A stretch of 64,000 bases of DNA, taken from positions 7-64,006 of the forward strand of contig CAYWAH010000002.1 of assembly GCA_964456505.1 (NCBI GenBank), written 5' to 3'. The first letter of the stretch is position 1; every line of letters starts with the position of its first letter. The stretch is from an uncultured Clostridium sp. Its GTDB lineage: Bacteria; Bacillota; Clostridia; TANB77; CAG-508. Shown here piece after piece: positions 1 to 9,315 of this stretch. The position numbers and the translations under genes are program-made. The notes under the pieces were generated by a model. It was not told where the DNA came from. It searched no databases and saw nothing but the letters and a program-made list of their open reading frames with translations.

Positions 1-447
1 CCTTGATTGTATCCTGTAGCTCCTGTTAAATATAATGGTGTTGCAGTTGCACTTACTATATCTATAGTATTATTTGTTTTATCTACATTCCACACTTTCC
101 ATTCTATTACACTACTATTACTTGATGTTAATTTTTGATCTGAACCTGTTCCAGAATATGTTTCACTTACTATATATGTTCTTCCTGTTGGTGGTGTGTA
201 AGATACTGTATCTCCAACTTTTATTGCACCATTTGTAATTGCTGTAGATACACTAATTCCGGCTTCTTTTGTTTCTATTGTAGTGCTTAATTCTGCAGTA
301 TTTCCAACATTATCTGCTACTACAACTTTTATTGTATAGCTTGTGCCGGCAGTTAAGTTAGTTGCATCAAACTCTTCTTTTACGCAGAATATTAAAAATT
401 AACATTAATAAAATTGATAAATTAAAGAATAAATTGAAACCTTTCAT
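1..447 (-). pseudogene. 5' end of a secreted or surface T/S/V-rich protein that runs off the window start; the signal-anchor ORF is out of frame with the body
   Basis: On the minus strand, the ATG at 447-445 opens MKGFNLFFNLSILLMLIFNILRKRRV and stops at 369-367. A different frame is open with no stop from 398 down to 3 (132 codons, checked triplet by triplet: ...EEFDATNLTAGTSYTIKVVVADNVGNTAELSTTIETKEAGISV...) but has no start codon. No SD precedes the ATG. Confidence 0.4.
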
Positions 448-549
448 TTTATTTTTTTATATTTGCACTTTAAAATAATAATTTTTTGCTTCTAATTACT
501 TAATACATTATCAATTTAAATTTATATAATTTATTACTTTACATAATTA

Positions 550-578
550 TTGATAATTACCAAATTTTGTGTTATAAT
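550..578 (+). promoter_or_regulatory. sigma-A type promoter (TTGATA-17-TATAAT with TGn extension)
   Basis: TTGATA lies at 550-555, a 17-nt spacer follows, TGT at 570-572 and TATAAT at 573-578. It sits ~135 nt upstream of the 713 start. Confidence 0.5.
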
Positions 579-712
579 AATAGCATATTCTAAATAACAA
601 GCATATGCTTGATTTTATATATTACTTTTTATCTCATATTTATGAGAACTTTATTACTAAAACTTTATAGGGGTGAAAAAATTGGTACAACAAACATTCT
701 AAGGAGGCAAAT

Positions 713-1942
713 ATGAAAAAATTTTTTAGATTCATAGGAGTACTAATTGTTTTCTGCTTTTTGTTTGTGATTTTTGGGGCACGGTGGCAAGACCAAAAAG
801 AAGAAACAAGAAGAGAATTAGTAAGTGCAAAGAACATTGAAAATCAAAGTGAAGCGAGTACAATTGAAAAAAAGAAGCCAGAAGATAGATATGCAACTAT
901 TCTTTCTTTTGGTGATACACTAGTTCACACGCAAGTTTATAAGCAAGCTTATGATTCAGCAACAGACACGTATGATTTTTCTCCAATTTTTACTGAAATA
1001 TCGAAATACTTTCAGGATGCTGACATTACAATTGGAAATGCTGAATCACCAATGGCTGGAAAGGACAGAGGTTATAGTGGTTACCCGACATTTAATGCGC
1101 CTGAGCATTTGGCTGTTGATTTAAAAGAACTTGGAGTTGACATTCTTACAACAGCCAACAATCACTGCTTGGATAAAGGTTATAGCGGACTTGAAAACAC
1201 CTTAAATAATCTTGACTCTGCTGGAATTGCACACACTGGTACTTCACGGAGCGTAGAAGAGCAAAATACGATTTTGCATAGAGAAGTTAATGGAATCGAT
1301 ATTGCTTTTTTGAGCTTTACATATGGTACTAATGGAATTTCGATTCCATCTGACAAGAGTTATTGTGTGAACATTATTGACAAACAAGAAATTCAAAAAA
1401 GAATTTTGCAAGCTAAAAGTGAATATCCAAATTCAGCTATTGTTGTTTCAATGCATTGGGGAATTGAGTATCAAACAACTCCAAATGAGCAACAAGAGGA
1501 ACTTGCTAATTTTTTAATTGCTAATGGTGTTGATGTTGTTCTTGGTTGCCATCCTCATGTACTTCAACCTATGCAGATGGTTACTGCGGTAGATGAAAAT
1601 GGTACAGAAAGACAAGGTCTTGTAATTTATTCGCAAGGCAATTTCTTTTCGAGTCAAACTAAACCTAATACTCGAAACACAGCACTTTTCCAAATTACCT
1701 TGAAGAGTGATGGCTCAACTGGGAAGATTTCAGTCGAAAGCGCTAAATATGTTCCATTGTACCTTTATGACAAGAGAACTACTCAAAATAGATATGAACT
1801 TCTGGATTTAAATCAGATTATTCAAGATTATGAGAGCGGTTCTTGCAACTGGACAAAGGATATGTATGATTTGGCTGTGACCGAAAGAGACAGATGTGTA
1901 AACATCATAGGCCCTGAAATAGACAACCACACTACTAATTAA
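713..1942 (+). CDS. CapA-family protein (poly-gamma-glutamate synthesis or metallophosphoesterase-like), N-terminal membrane anchor
   Basis: 409-aa ORF with SD aaggagg upstream. CapA-like stretches include SFGDTLVH, GNAESP, TTANNHCLDKGYSGL, HWGIEY and GCHPHVLQP. Confidence 0.8.
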   Translation: MKKFFRFIGVLIVFCFLFVIFGARWQDQKEETRRELVSAKNIENQSEASTIEKKKPEDRYATILSFGDTLVHTQVYKQAYDSATDTYDFSPIFTEISKYFQDADITIGNAESPMAGKDRGYSGYPTFNAPEHLAVDLKELGVDILTTANNHCLDKGYSGLENTLNNLDSAGIAHTGTSRSVEEQNTILHREVNGIDIAFLSFTYGTNGISIPSDKSYCVNIIDKQEIQKRILQAKSEYPNSAIVVSMHWGIEYQTTPNEQQEELANFLIANGVDVVLGCHPHVLQPMQMVTAVDENGTERQGLVIYSQGNFFSSQTKPNTRNTALFQITLKSDGSTGKISVESAKYVPLYLYDKRTTQNRYELLDLNQIIQDYESGSCNWTKDMYDLAVTERDRCVNIIGPEIDNHTTN

Positions 1943-2049
1943 TAAAATCTTACTAAAATTAAACCAGAGTGAGACTAGCGCAACCATACTTAAAAGCGAA
2001 AAAGCAAAATCAAAATGTAGATGAAAAAGTAAGGATTAAAAAGTAAAAA

Positions 2050-2081
2050 GTCTAGGAAAATTTTCCTAGACTTTTTTTTTT
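2050..2081 (+). terminator. Rho-independent terminator
   Basis: gtctaggaaaa/ttttcctagac is a perfect palindromic stem (2050-2071) followed by a run of 9 T. Confidence 0.8.
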
Positions 2082-2325
2082 ATAAAAAATGTGGAAAACT
2101 TTTTGAAAATGTATTGACAAATAAATCAAAATTCTATCTAAATTTCTGTAATATGAATGTAACAATATAAAAAGTAAACCAAATTTCAAAAACGCGAAAA
2201 CCATTAAAAAATAAAGTAAAAACGCAAATAGTAGAAATATTACAATTAGTTTACAATTGCCAAAAATGAACATAAAATTTTCACAAAAGCGACAAAGTTC
2301 GACAGAAAATAAAAAAAGTGGAATA

Positions 2326-2346
2326 TGTGGAAAACTCTGTGGATAA
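2326..2346 (-). promoter_or_regulatory. Adjacent DnaA boxes (TTTTCCACA and perfect TTATCCACA on the minus strand)
   Basis: tgtggaaaa at 2326-2334 and tgtggataa at 2338-2346. Further box-like 9-mers lie at 2090-2098 (tgtggaaaa), 2317-2325 (weak) and 2560-2568 (atttccaca, opposite orientation). Confidence 0.45.
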
Positions 2347-2660
2347 CTTATTTTTAGGTAAAAACGAGATTGCAAAATTGGGGATAAAAAATAATAAAAA
2401 GTTATTATGAAAACCAATTATCTTCAAATAGTTCTTATGTATACCAATTATTTTCGTAATGCCATTAAGAGTATAAAATTGCAAATAAAAAATAGTGAGA
2501 TGAGATATTCGATAATAAAAAATACAATAATGAATTGAAATTTATTATATACAATAAAAATTTCCACATTAATAAAAATTAATATAAAGATGCAAGTAAT
2601 AATTATAATATAGGTATTTTTATTTTTACTTTGGCAATAATGTTATTAGGAGATATAGGT

Positions 2661-3329
2661 ATGTTAATAAATTATGCTAGAGCAATTTTGCTTTATATGG
2701 TTGTACTGGCTGTTACTAGGCTAATGGGAAAGAGAGAAATTTCAGAGTTACAGCCTTTTGAATTTGTTATTTCTCTTATGATTGCAAACCTTGCGACAAT
2801 TCCAATGAGTGATGCAAATGTACCGATAGTTAGTGGTATAGTGCCAATTATGGGTTTACTTACTATGCACATTTTAATTACGATTTTTAATTTGAAGTCA
2901 ACAAAATTTAGGGATTTCTTTTGTGGCAAGCCAAAGGTTTTGATACACCATGGAATTATTGATGAAAAGGCTTTGGAGAAGGAACGTTTCACTATTAGCG
3001 AACTCGAGGAGAAAATGAGAGAAAAGGATATTTTTGATCTTAGTCAAATTGAGTATGCGGTACTTGAAACAAATGGAGACGTGTCAATTTTGTTGAAGAC
3101 TGGAGACCAAACTGTTTCTAAAGATGATATGCAAATTCAGTCGGAAGACAAGGGTATGTGTTACAATTTAATTCTTGATGGCAAAGTTATAGAAGAAAAT
3201 ATGAAGCTTTTGAATAAAACTGATAAGTGGCTAAAAAATAAATTGAAAATGGATTTTGACAAAATACTTGTAGCTACAATAAACGAGCAGGGAGATTTAT
3301 TCTATCAAATCAAGGAAAAATATCAATAA
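2661..3329 (+). CDS. DUF421 (YetF/YdfS-like) membrane protein
   Basis: The ORF track starts at 2631; ATG 2661 has SD aggaga 7 nt upstream. The N-terminus is TM-rich (LLYMVVLAVTRLMGKREISELQPFEFV), as in the DUF421 family. Confidence 0.75.
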   Translation: MLINYARAILLYMVVLAVTRLMGKREISELQPFEFVISLMIANLATIPMSDANVPIVSGIVPIMGLLTMHILITIFNLKSTKFRDFFCGKPKVLIHHGIIDEKALEKERFTISELEEKMREKDIFDLSQIEYAVLETNGDVSILLKTGDQTVSKDDMQIQSEDKGMCYNLILDGKVIEENMKLLNKTDKWLKNKLKMDFDKILVATINEQGDLFYQIKEKYQ

Positions 3330-3769
3330 TGCAAAAGGAGGAGCGGTTGAAAAAAGAAGAAGTAATAACCTTTACAATTATTTTCTTAATAATATTTATG
3401 GAAATCGTTTTTCAAAAGTTTACGAAGAAAGCGATACAAGATTCAACTGGAGATTTAGAAAGTTTGAAAAGCGAGATAATTCGAGTGTGCAGTGAAAACG
3501 AAGATTTTGAAATAGCCGATGAAAATGAAAAAGAGAATATAATTAATTCAATGCAAAATGCAAGAGATAAATGGGAAAATAGTGTTAGACAACTTGAGTA
3601 TTTTATCAGCTATGATGAACTGGACAATGTGAAATCTAAAATGGATTTGACAATGACTGAACTTGAAATTGATTCTTATGATGACTCTGTGAAAGATTTG
3701 GAGGAGAGCATTCATTCACTCGAAGAAATTCAGGAAAAATATAAATTTAAAATTAAAACTATTCTATAA
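3329..3769 (+). CDS. DUF4363-like small membrane-anchored protein (usual partner of DUF421 genes)
   Basis: ATG 3329 overlaps the upstream TAA (TAATG). Alternative start TTG 3347 lies 6 nt after aaggagg. One N-terminal TM followed by an acidic helical region. Confidence 0.5.
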   Translation: MQKEERLKKEEVITFTIIFLIIFMEIVFQKFTKKAIQDSTGDLESLKSEIIRVCSENEDFEIADENEKENIINSMQNARDKWENSVRQLEYFISYDELDNVKSKMDLTMTELEIDSYDDSVKDLEESIHSLEEIQEKYKFKIKTIL

Positions 3770-3967
3770 TTATAAATTTATTTGTAATGAGCAAAGATTA
3801 AAAATTTGCATTATGATTTAGGTTTTATTGTGGCTTTAAAAAGTTTTTTACTAATAATTTGAAACAGATGGCAATAATATATTTCAAAATAAAAATAGAG
3901 AGTTCTAATAAACCTCTACTGAGAATATTATTTAACAACGATAGTATTTGAAGTGGAGGTCTTTTAA

Positions 3968-4252
3968 ATGAAGAACGATTCGATTAAAGAAAGAACATTA
4001 ATTTTGGCAAACTATATAATTGAATCAAAAGATACTGTGAGAGGTGCTGCAAAAAAATATGGAATAAGTAAGTCAACAGTACATAAAGATGTAACAGATA
4101 GATTGCAAAAGATAAATCCATCATTATATAGAGAAGTGAGAAAAGTGCTTGATGAAAACAAGCTTGAAAGACACATTAGAGGTGGAATGGCAACCAAAAT
4201 AAAGTACGAAGAAATCCGAAAAAGTAAGGAAGAAAAGAATCAAGCAAATTAG
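3968..4252 (+). CDS. spoIIID: Stage III sporulation transcription regulator SpoIIID
   Basis: 94 aa with IKERTLILANYIIESKDTVRGAAKKYGISKSTVHKDVTDRL...LERHIRGG, which is characteristic SpoIIID HTH sequence. SD ggagg upstream. Confidence 0.9.
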   Translation: MKNDSIKERTLILANYIIESKDTVRGAAKKYGISKSTVHKDVTDRLQKINPSLYREVRKVLDENKLERHIRGGMATKIKYEEIRKSKEEKNQAN

Positions 4253-4379
4253 TTTAATAAAAAAATACTGAAGATAAATTTAATAATAAAGAGTATGAAA
4301 TAAGGGACGGGAACTAGAGTATAAAAAGGAGAAAACTAAAACAAATAATAAAAATCTCAATCAAAATTCAAAATTAAAA

Positions 4380-4408
4380 TTGCAAATACTTGACACATAG
4401 TGTATAAT
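4380..4408 (+). promoter_or_regulatory. sigma-A type promoter (TTGCAA-17-TATAAT)
   Basis: TTGCAA at 4380-4385 and TATAAT at 4403-4408, upstream of the metal-transporter operon. Confidence 0.45.
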
Positions 4409-4548
4409 TAGGGCATAGAAAATTGGACATCAATTAGATGAATTAAGAAGCGGAGAATATATCGGTAGAACTAATAAGTGTCCAAATAAATTTATTTAAT
4501 AAATGAAAGCAAAAAGTATTAAAAAATATAATAAGTGAGGAACTAATT

Positions 4549-5499
4549 ATGAAGAAAAAATGGGTGATTGCTCTTATTGTAGTGCTAGTAATTGTATGGC
4601 TACTTTCAATAGGAAACGAAGTAACGCAAAATGATAACGGAAAAACCAAAATCTTAACATCATTTTATCCAATATATGTTATGACACTTAATGTAACCAA
4701 AAATACGCCAAATGTTGAAGTAACCAACATGGCTGAAAATTTGCGTGGTTGCATTCATGATTATTCGTTAACCACAGCAGACTTAAAGAAATTTGAAAAA
4801 TGTAATGTGTTCATTCAAAATGGAAATGGTTTGGAAAACTTTACGGACAAAATTGTGGAGTCATATCCAGATGTAAAAGTAATTTCTGCTTCTGCAAATT
4901 TGAAAGATGAAGACTATATAAAAGATGGAGATGAAACAAATTCTCATATTTGGCTTGACCTAAATAATTACATAAGTGAAGTTAACACTATCAAGGATGA
5001 ACTCACAAAAATAAATCCTGAAAATGCTGAAATATATGAGAAAAATGCAAGTTCATATATTGAGAGTCTTGATACTTTAAAGAGCAAGTATGATACTTTG
5101 TTTTTTGAAAATCAAAAATGTGTATTGTTAAATGAGTCACTATCATACTTACTTAATGAGATAAATTTCAAAAATATTTTAATTGAATCAGACCATGAGC
5201 AATCATCAGTTTCTGCGGAAACAATAAAAAATACAATAGATCAAATGAAAAATGAAGATATTAAAATTATTATAATTGATGAAAATGATAGCAAAAAAGT
5301 TGCAGAAACTTTGGCTAGTGAAACAGGTGCGCAAATAATAACTTTGAATTCTGGAATGAATGGACAAGCATCTCTTGACGCATATCTTGAAATAATGGAA
5401 AGCAATTACAAAACATTAGAGGGAATTCAAACAGCGCAAAGATCAGAGAGCCAAGACAATGTAAATACAATAGTTACAAACGAAGTGCTTGAAAATTAA
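4549..5499 (+). CDS. Metal (Zn/Mn-type) ABC transporter substrate-binding protein, TroA/ZnuA family
   Basis: 316 aa with an N-terminal anchor. SFYPIY...NSHIWLD motifs are typical of cluster-9 SBPs. Followed by ATPase and permease genes. Confidence 0.8.
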   Translation: MKKKWVIALIVVLVIVWLLSIGNEVTQNDNGKTKILTSFYPIYVMTLNVTKNTPNVEVTNMAENLRGCIHDYSLTTADLKKFEKCNVFIQNGNGLENFTDKIVESYPDVKVISASANLKDEDYIKDGDETNSHIWLDLNNYISEVNTIKDELTKINPENAEIYEKNASSYIESLDTLKSKYDTLFFENQKCVLLNESLSYLLNEINFKNILIESDHEQSSVSAETIKNTIDQMKNEDIKIIIIDENDSKKVAETLASETGAQIITLNSGMNGQASLDAYLEIMESNYKTLEGIQTAQRSESQDNVNTIVTNEVLEN

Positions 5500-5518
5500 A
5501 AAGGAGAGGCAAAATATA

Positions 5519-6253
5519 ATGAAGAATAATACTGAAAGTTGCGATTTACATTTGACAAAGGTCGACAATATATCAGTTAAAATAAATAAGCAATACATAA
5601 TTCACAATGTTTCTTTTGATATTCATTGCAAAGAACTAACAATGATAATTGGTAGAAATGGTGCGGGAAAATCGACATTACTAAAAGCAATGCTTGATGA
5701 AATACCACACACAGGAAAAATTGAATTCTTTGATGTAAAGAAAAATAAACAGCAGAAAATAAAAATTGGTTATGTTCCACAAAGTCTAAATGTTGAAAGA
5801 GATATGCCGACAAGCGTGTATGATATGTTTGCTTCATATATTTCAGACAACCCTGTATGGCTACATAAAGACAAAGAACTTTATGAAGAAATAAAAAACA
5901 GACTAAAGGGATTTGGAGCAGAAAAATTAATTGACAAAAAAGTTGGAAATTTATCAGGTGGAGAATTGCAAAGAGTGCTTTTGTCGATTGCAACATATCC
6001 ATTACCAAATATGTTAATTTTAGATGAACCAGTATCAGGAATAGATGTGAATGGTACAAAAGAATTCTACCAAATTCTAACAGAGATGAAAATCAAAAAT
6101 GATATGTCAATTGTGCTAGTTTCACACGATTTAGGATTAGTAAAAAAATTCGCTGACAAAGTAATTTTACTTGATAAAAAAGTTCTAAAGGATGGTACTC
6201 CAGAAGAAGTATTTTCAAGCGAAGAATTTCAGAAAGTATTTGGAGAAGTTTAG
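5519..6253 (+). CDS. Metal ABC transporter ATP-binding protein
   Basis: Walker A GRNGAGKST, signature LSGGELQR and Walker B LILDEP. ATG 5519 follows aaaggagagg. Confidence 0.85.
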   Translation: MKNNTESCDLHLTKVDNISVKINKQYIIHNVSFDIHCKELTMIIGRNGAGKSTLLKAMLDEIPHTGKIEFFDVKKNKQQKIKIGYVPQSLNVERDMPTSVYDMFASYISDNPVWLHKDKELYEEIKNRLKGFGAEKLIDKKVGNLSGGELQRVLLSIATYPLPNMLILDEPVSGIDVNGTKEFYQILTEMKIKNDMSIVLVSHDLGLVKKFADKVILLDKKVLKDGTPEEVFSSEEFQKVFGEV

Positions 6254-6292
6254 ATATTAATTGAACTATAAAAATAAAAGGAAAGGATAAAA

Positions 6293-7135
6293 ATGCAAAT
6301 CGTATATAATGTAATGGAAACAATACTTCCATTTGAATTCATACACTATACCTTTATGAAAAATGCCTTAATTGCAATAATACTTGCATCACCTGTATTT
6401 TCAATGATTGGCACAATGGTAGTAAATAAAAAAATGGCATTCTTTTCAGATGCACTAGGACACTCTGCATTAGCAGGAATTGCAATAGGAATGTTATTTG
6501 GTATATCAAATATAAATATTTCAATGATAATTTTCGCCATAATTTTTGCGTTATTGCTAAATTTAGTTAGAAGAAAAACAACGTACGGATCAGATACAAT
6601 TATCAGTGTATTTTCATCAATAGCAATTGCAATAGGCTTGGCAATTCTAGCAAGTTCGGGTGACTTCAACAAATATTCAAGTTATTTAGTTGGAGACATT
6701 TTGAGCATTACAAAGCAAGAGATTTTATACTTATTTATTGCATGTGTGTTGATAATAATATTCTGGAATTTTTGCTTTAACAAATTAAATGCAGTGAGCA
6801 TTAATTCATCACTTGCAAAAAGCAAGGGAATAAATGTGAATTTGATTGAAAACGCTTTTGCAATTACTATAGCAATAATGGTAATGATTTCCATAAGATG
6901 GATTGGAATTTTGCTAATAAATTCAATGATAATTTTGCCAGCAGCATCGAGCAGAAATATTTCAAACAACATGAGAGATTATCATTTGTATTCAATTTTA
7001 ATTGCACTTTTTTCAGGAATTCTTGGATTGATTTTGTCATACTACATAAACATTCCAACAGCACCATTGATTGTAATTATTTCAGGAATAATTTATTTTA
7101 TAACATTCGCTTTGAAAAAGTATACAATTAGATAA
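6293..7135 (+). CDS. Metal ABC transporter permease (ZnuB/TroC-like)
   Basis: 280-aa polytopic membrane protein containing FFSDALGHSALAGIA, typical of ABC-3 permeases. Confidence 0.85.
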   Translation: MQIVYNVMETILPFEFIHYTFMKNALIAIILASPVFSMIGTMVVNKKMAFFSDALGHSALAGIAIGMLFGISNINISMIIFAIIFALLLNLVRRKTTYGSDTIISVFSSIAIAIGLAILASSGDFNKYSSYLVGDILSITKQEILYLFIACVLIIIFWNFCFNKLNAVSINSSLAKSKGINVNLIENAFAITIAIMVMISIRWIGILLINSMIILPAASSRNISNNMRDYHLYSILIALFSGILGLILSYYINIPTAPLIVIISGIIYFITFALKKYTIR

Positions 7136-7150
7136 TGAAAGGTAAAGTAT

Positions 7151-9109
7151 ATGAAGGACAGCAAAAAGTATAAAAAGGCAAAAACAAAAAATGAAAAATC
7201 AAAAGTATGGGGCCTATTATTGATTTTAATAATAGGTTTTTTAGTAGGTGTTTTTGCATATACAAATTTTACAGAACCTGCAGTAGTTGTTCGCAAATAC
7301 TTTAAATATTTGAATGAAAAAAATTACGATGCGATGTACGATTTAGTTGATACAAAATTGTCAAAAGAAGAATTTGTTAACAGAGTAAAAAATATTTATG
7401 ATGGAATTGAAGCCAAAAATATTTCTGCGATTATTACAACAAATTCTTATAACAAAAATGAGAACAACGAAACCACAATTAGTTTCACAAATAAAATGGA
7501 CACCATTGCTGGAACATTAAGTTTTAATAGTAGTGCAAAGGTAATAAGTGATGGAGAAAAATATAAAATTTCTTGGTCATCAAAAATGATTTATCCAGAT
7601 CTTGATGATGATGAAAAAGTGAGAGTGAACACCTTATATGCTAAGAGAGGTGTGATATATGATAGAAATAAAAAAGCAATTGCCAAAAATGGGGAAGTGT
7701 ATTCAATTGGAATAATTCCTGGAAAGATGGATTCAACTACAGATTTGAATAAGGTTGCAACTCTTGTTGAATCAGATTTAAATACTGTTGAGAAAAAATT
7801 GAAAGCTGACGGAGTTACCCAAAATACCTTTGTTGAAGTCGGAAAAATAACAAAGGACAAGCAGGACGAAAAACTTGAACTTTTGAAAATCAAAGGTGTG
7901 ATGATAAATGAAATTTCTGCAAGAGTGTATCCATTTAATGAAGCCACTTCAATAATGACAGGATATGTGCAAGACGGAGAAGGAAAAACAGGAATAGAGC
8001 AAGAGTACAATGAAAAATTAAAAGGGCAAAATGGCTTTGAAATTTACATCGAGAAAAACGATGTTAAGCAAAAATCAATTTTGAAAAAAGAGCAAAAAGA
8101 TGGACAAGATTTATATTTGACAATTGACACTGATTTGCAACAGAAAATTTATGATGAGTTTAAAGATAATAAAAGTGCAGTAGTTTCAATGAATTATAAT
8201 ACTGGCGAAATTCTCGCATTAGTAAGCACACCATCTTATAATGCAAATGATTTTAGTATGGGAATAAGCGAAGAAAAATGGAATCAAATTCAGAGTAATG
8301 AAAAAAATCCTTTGTACAATAGGTATCTTTCTGGAACGTATGCACCAGGATCAACCTTAAAACCTATAATTGGTGCGATTGGCTTAATGACAAATAGTTT
8401 TACAGCGAGTGATGATTTTGGAAAGAGTGAAAAGAAATGGCAGAAAGATGAAAAATGGGGAGACTTTTATGTGTCAACATTGGAGCAATACAACGAGACA
8501 GCTAACTTGGAAAATGCTTTAGTATATTCAGACAATATCTATTTTGCAAAAGCATCATTGAAAATTGGAAAGCAGAATTTACAAAACTATTTGGAAAAAT
8601 TTGGATTTAATAAAGACTTGAATTTCATTGGAAATATGTCAAAATCTACGTATGGAAATTTGGCAAGTGAAAAGGAAATTGCTCAGGCTGGATTTGGACA
8701 AGGAGAGGTGCTTGTAAATCCATTGCATATGGCAAGTTTATATTCAATGTTTGCCAACAATGGAAATATGATAAAACCACATATTGAGTTAAATGAAAAA
8801 GAAACTGAATTTTATTTACAAAATGCTATTACAACTCAAATTGCAAATGAAATAAAAAAAGATTTGATTCAAGTAGTTGAAAGAGGAACCGGAAAAAATG
8901 CAAAAATTGAGGGCAAAACAATTGCAGGAAAAACCGGAACTGCTGAGATAAAAAATTCGCAAGATGATGAGAATGGAACTGAAAATGGTTGGTTTGATGT
9001 ATTTGATGATAGCGAAAAATTGTATGTGGCAATGGTGGAAGATGTAAAGGACGCAAACGGAAGCCACTATGTTGTAAATAAAATGAAAAATATTCTTGAG
9101 AGTGAGTAG
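7151..9109 (+). CDS. Class B penicillin-binding protein (transpeptidase) with an NTF2/MecA_N-like N-terminal domain
   Basis: SxxK (GSTLKP), SxN (YSDN) and KTG (GKTGTAE) motifs, with an N-terminal TM. Confidence 0.85.
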   Translation: MKDSKKYKKAKTKNEKSKVWGLLLILIIGFLVGVFAYTNFTEPAVVVRKYFKYLNEKNYDAMYDLVDTKLSKEEFVNRVKNIYDGIEAKNISAIITTNSYNKNENNETTISFTNKMDTIAGTLSFNSSAKVISDGEKYKISWSSKMIYPDLDDDEKVRVNTLYAKRGVIYDRNKKAIAKNGEVYSIGIIPGKMDSTTDLNKVATLVESDLNTVEKKLKADGVTQNTFVEVGKITKDKQDEKLELLKIKGVMINEISARVYPFNEATSIMTGYVQDGEGKTGIEQEYNEKLKGQNGFEIYIEKNDVKQKSILKKEQKDGQDLYLTIDTDLQQKIYDEFKDNKSAVVSMNYNTGEILALVSTPSYNANDFSMGISEEKWNQIQSNEKNPLYNRYLSGTYAPGSTLKPIIGAIGLMTNSFTASDDFGKSEKKWQKDEKWGDFYVSTLEQYNETANLENALVYSDNIYFAKASLKIGKQNLQNYLEKFGFNKDLNFIGNMSKSTYGNLASEKEIAQAGFGQGEVLVNPLHMASLYSMFANNGNMIKPHIELNEKETEFYLQNAITTQIANEIKKDLIQVVERGTGKNAKIEGKTIAGKTGTAEIKNSQDDENGTENGWFDVFDDSEKLYVAMVEDVKDANGSHYVVNKMKNILESE

Positions 9110-9230
9110 GATATTGGAATTAATAAATTCAAATTGAAATATTTAAATTTATTATTAAAATGAAAATAAAATATAATAAATTAAAACAAGAATACTAAAG
9201 CATAAGAATGTTGTAAGAGATTAATTAAAA

Positions 9231-9268
9231 ACGGATGACTTGATATTCATCAAATCATCCGTTTTTTT
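9231..9268. terminator. Bidirectional terminator between convergent genes
   Basis: acggatgacttgat / atcaaatcatccgt stem (one mismatch) followed by T7 on the + strand. Confidence 0.7.
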
Positions 9269-9315
9269 GGGAAAAAATATGGTTTAAAATAACATGGAAT
9301 AATTACTTAAAAAAG

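Noticed and set aside
2052-2484. Tracked minus-strand ORFs of 121 aa and 67 aa in the capA-DUF421 gap
   Set aside because: Their products are F/L/I/Y-rich strings of the kind expected from translating the T-rich complement of an A-rich spacer. Neither has an SD, and one overlaps the capA terminator. I treat the region as non-coding.
2090-2568. Reading the DnaA-box cluster as the chromosomal origin oriC
   Set aside because: There is no dnaA, dnaN, recF or gyrB nearby, and no switch of gene-strand bias across the site. The flanking genes are not origin-proximal markers. I kept it as a secondary DnaA-box cluster instead.
4484-4497. Perfect 14-bp palindrome aaataaatttattt upstream of the metal transporter, as a Zur/MntR operator
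   Set aside because: It is pure A/T in an AT-rich spacer, does not resemble the Zur box core I know (with central CGTAAT/ATTACG), and is easily produced by chance.
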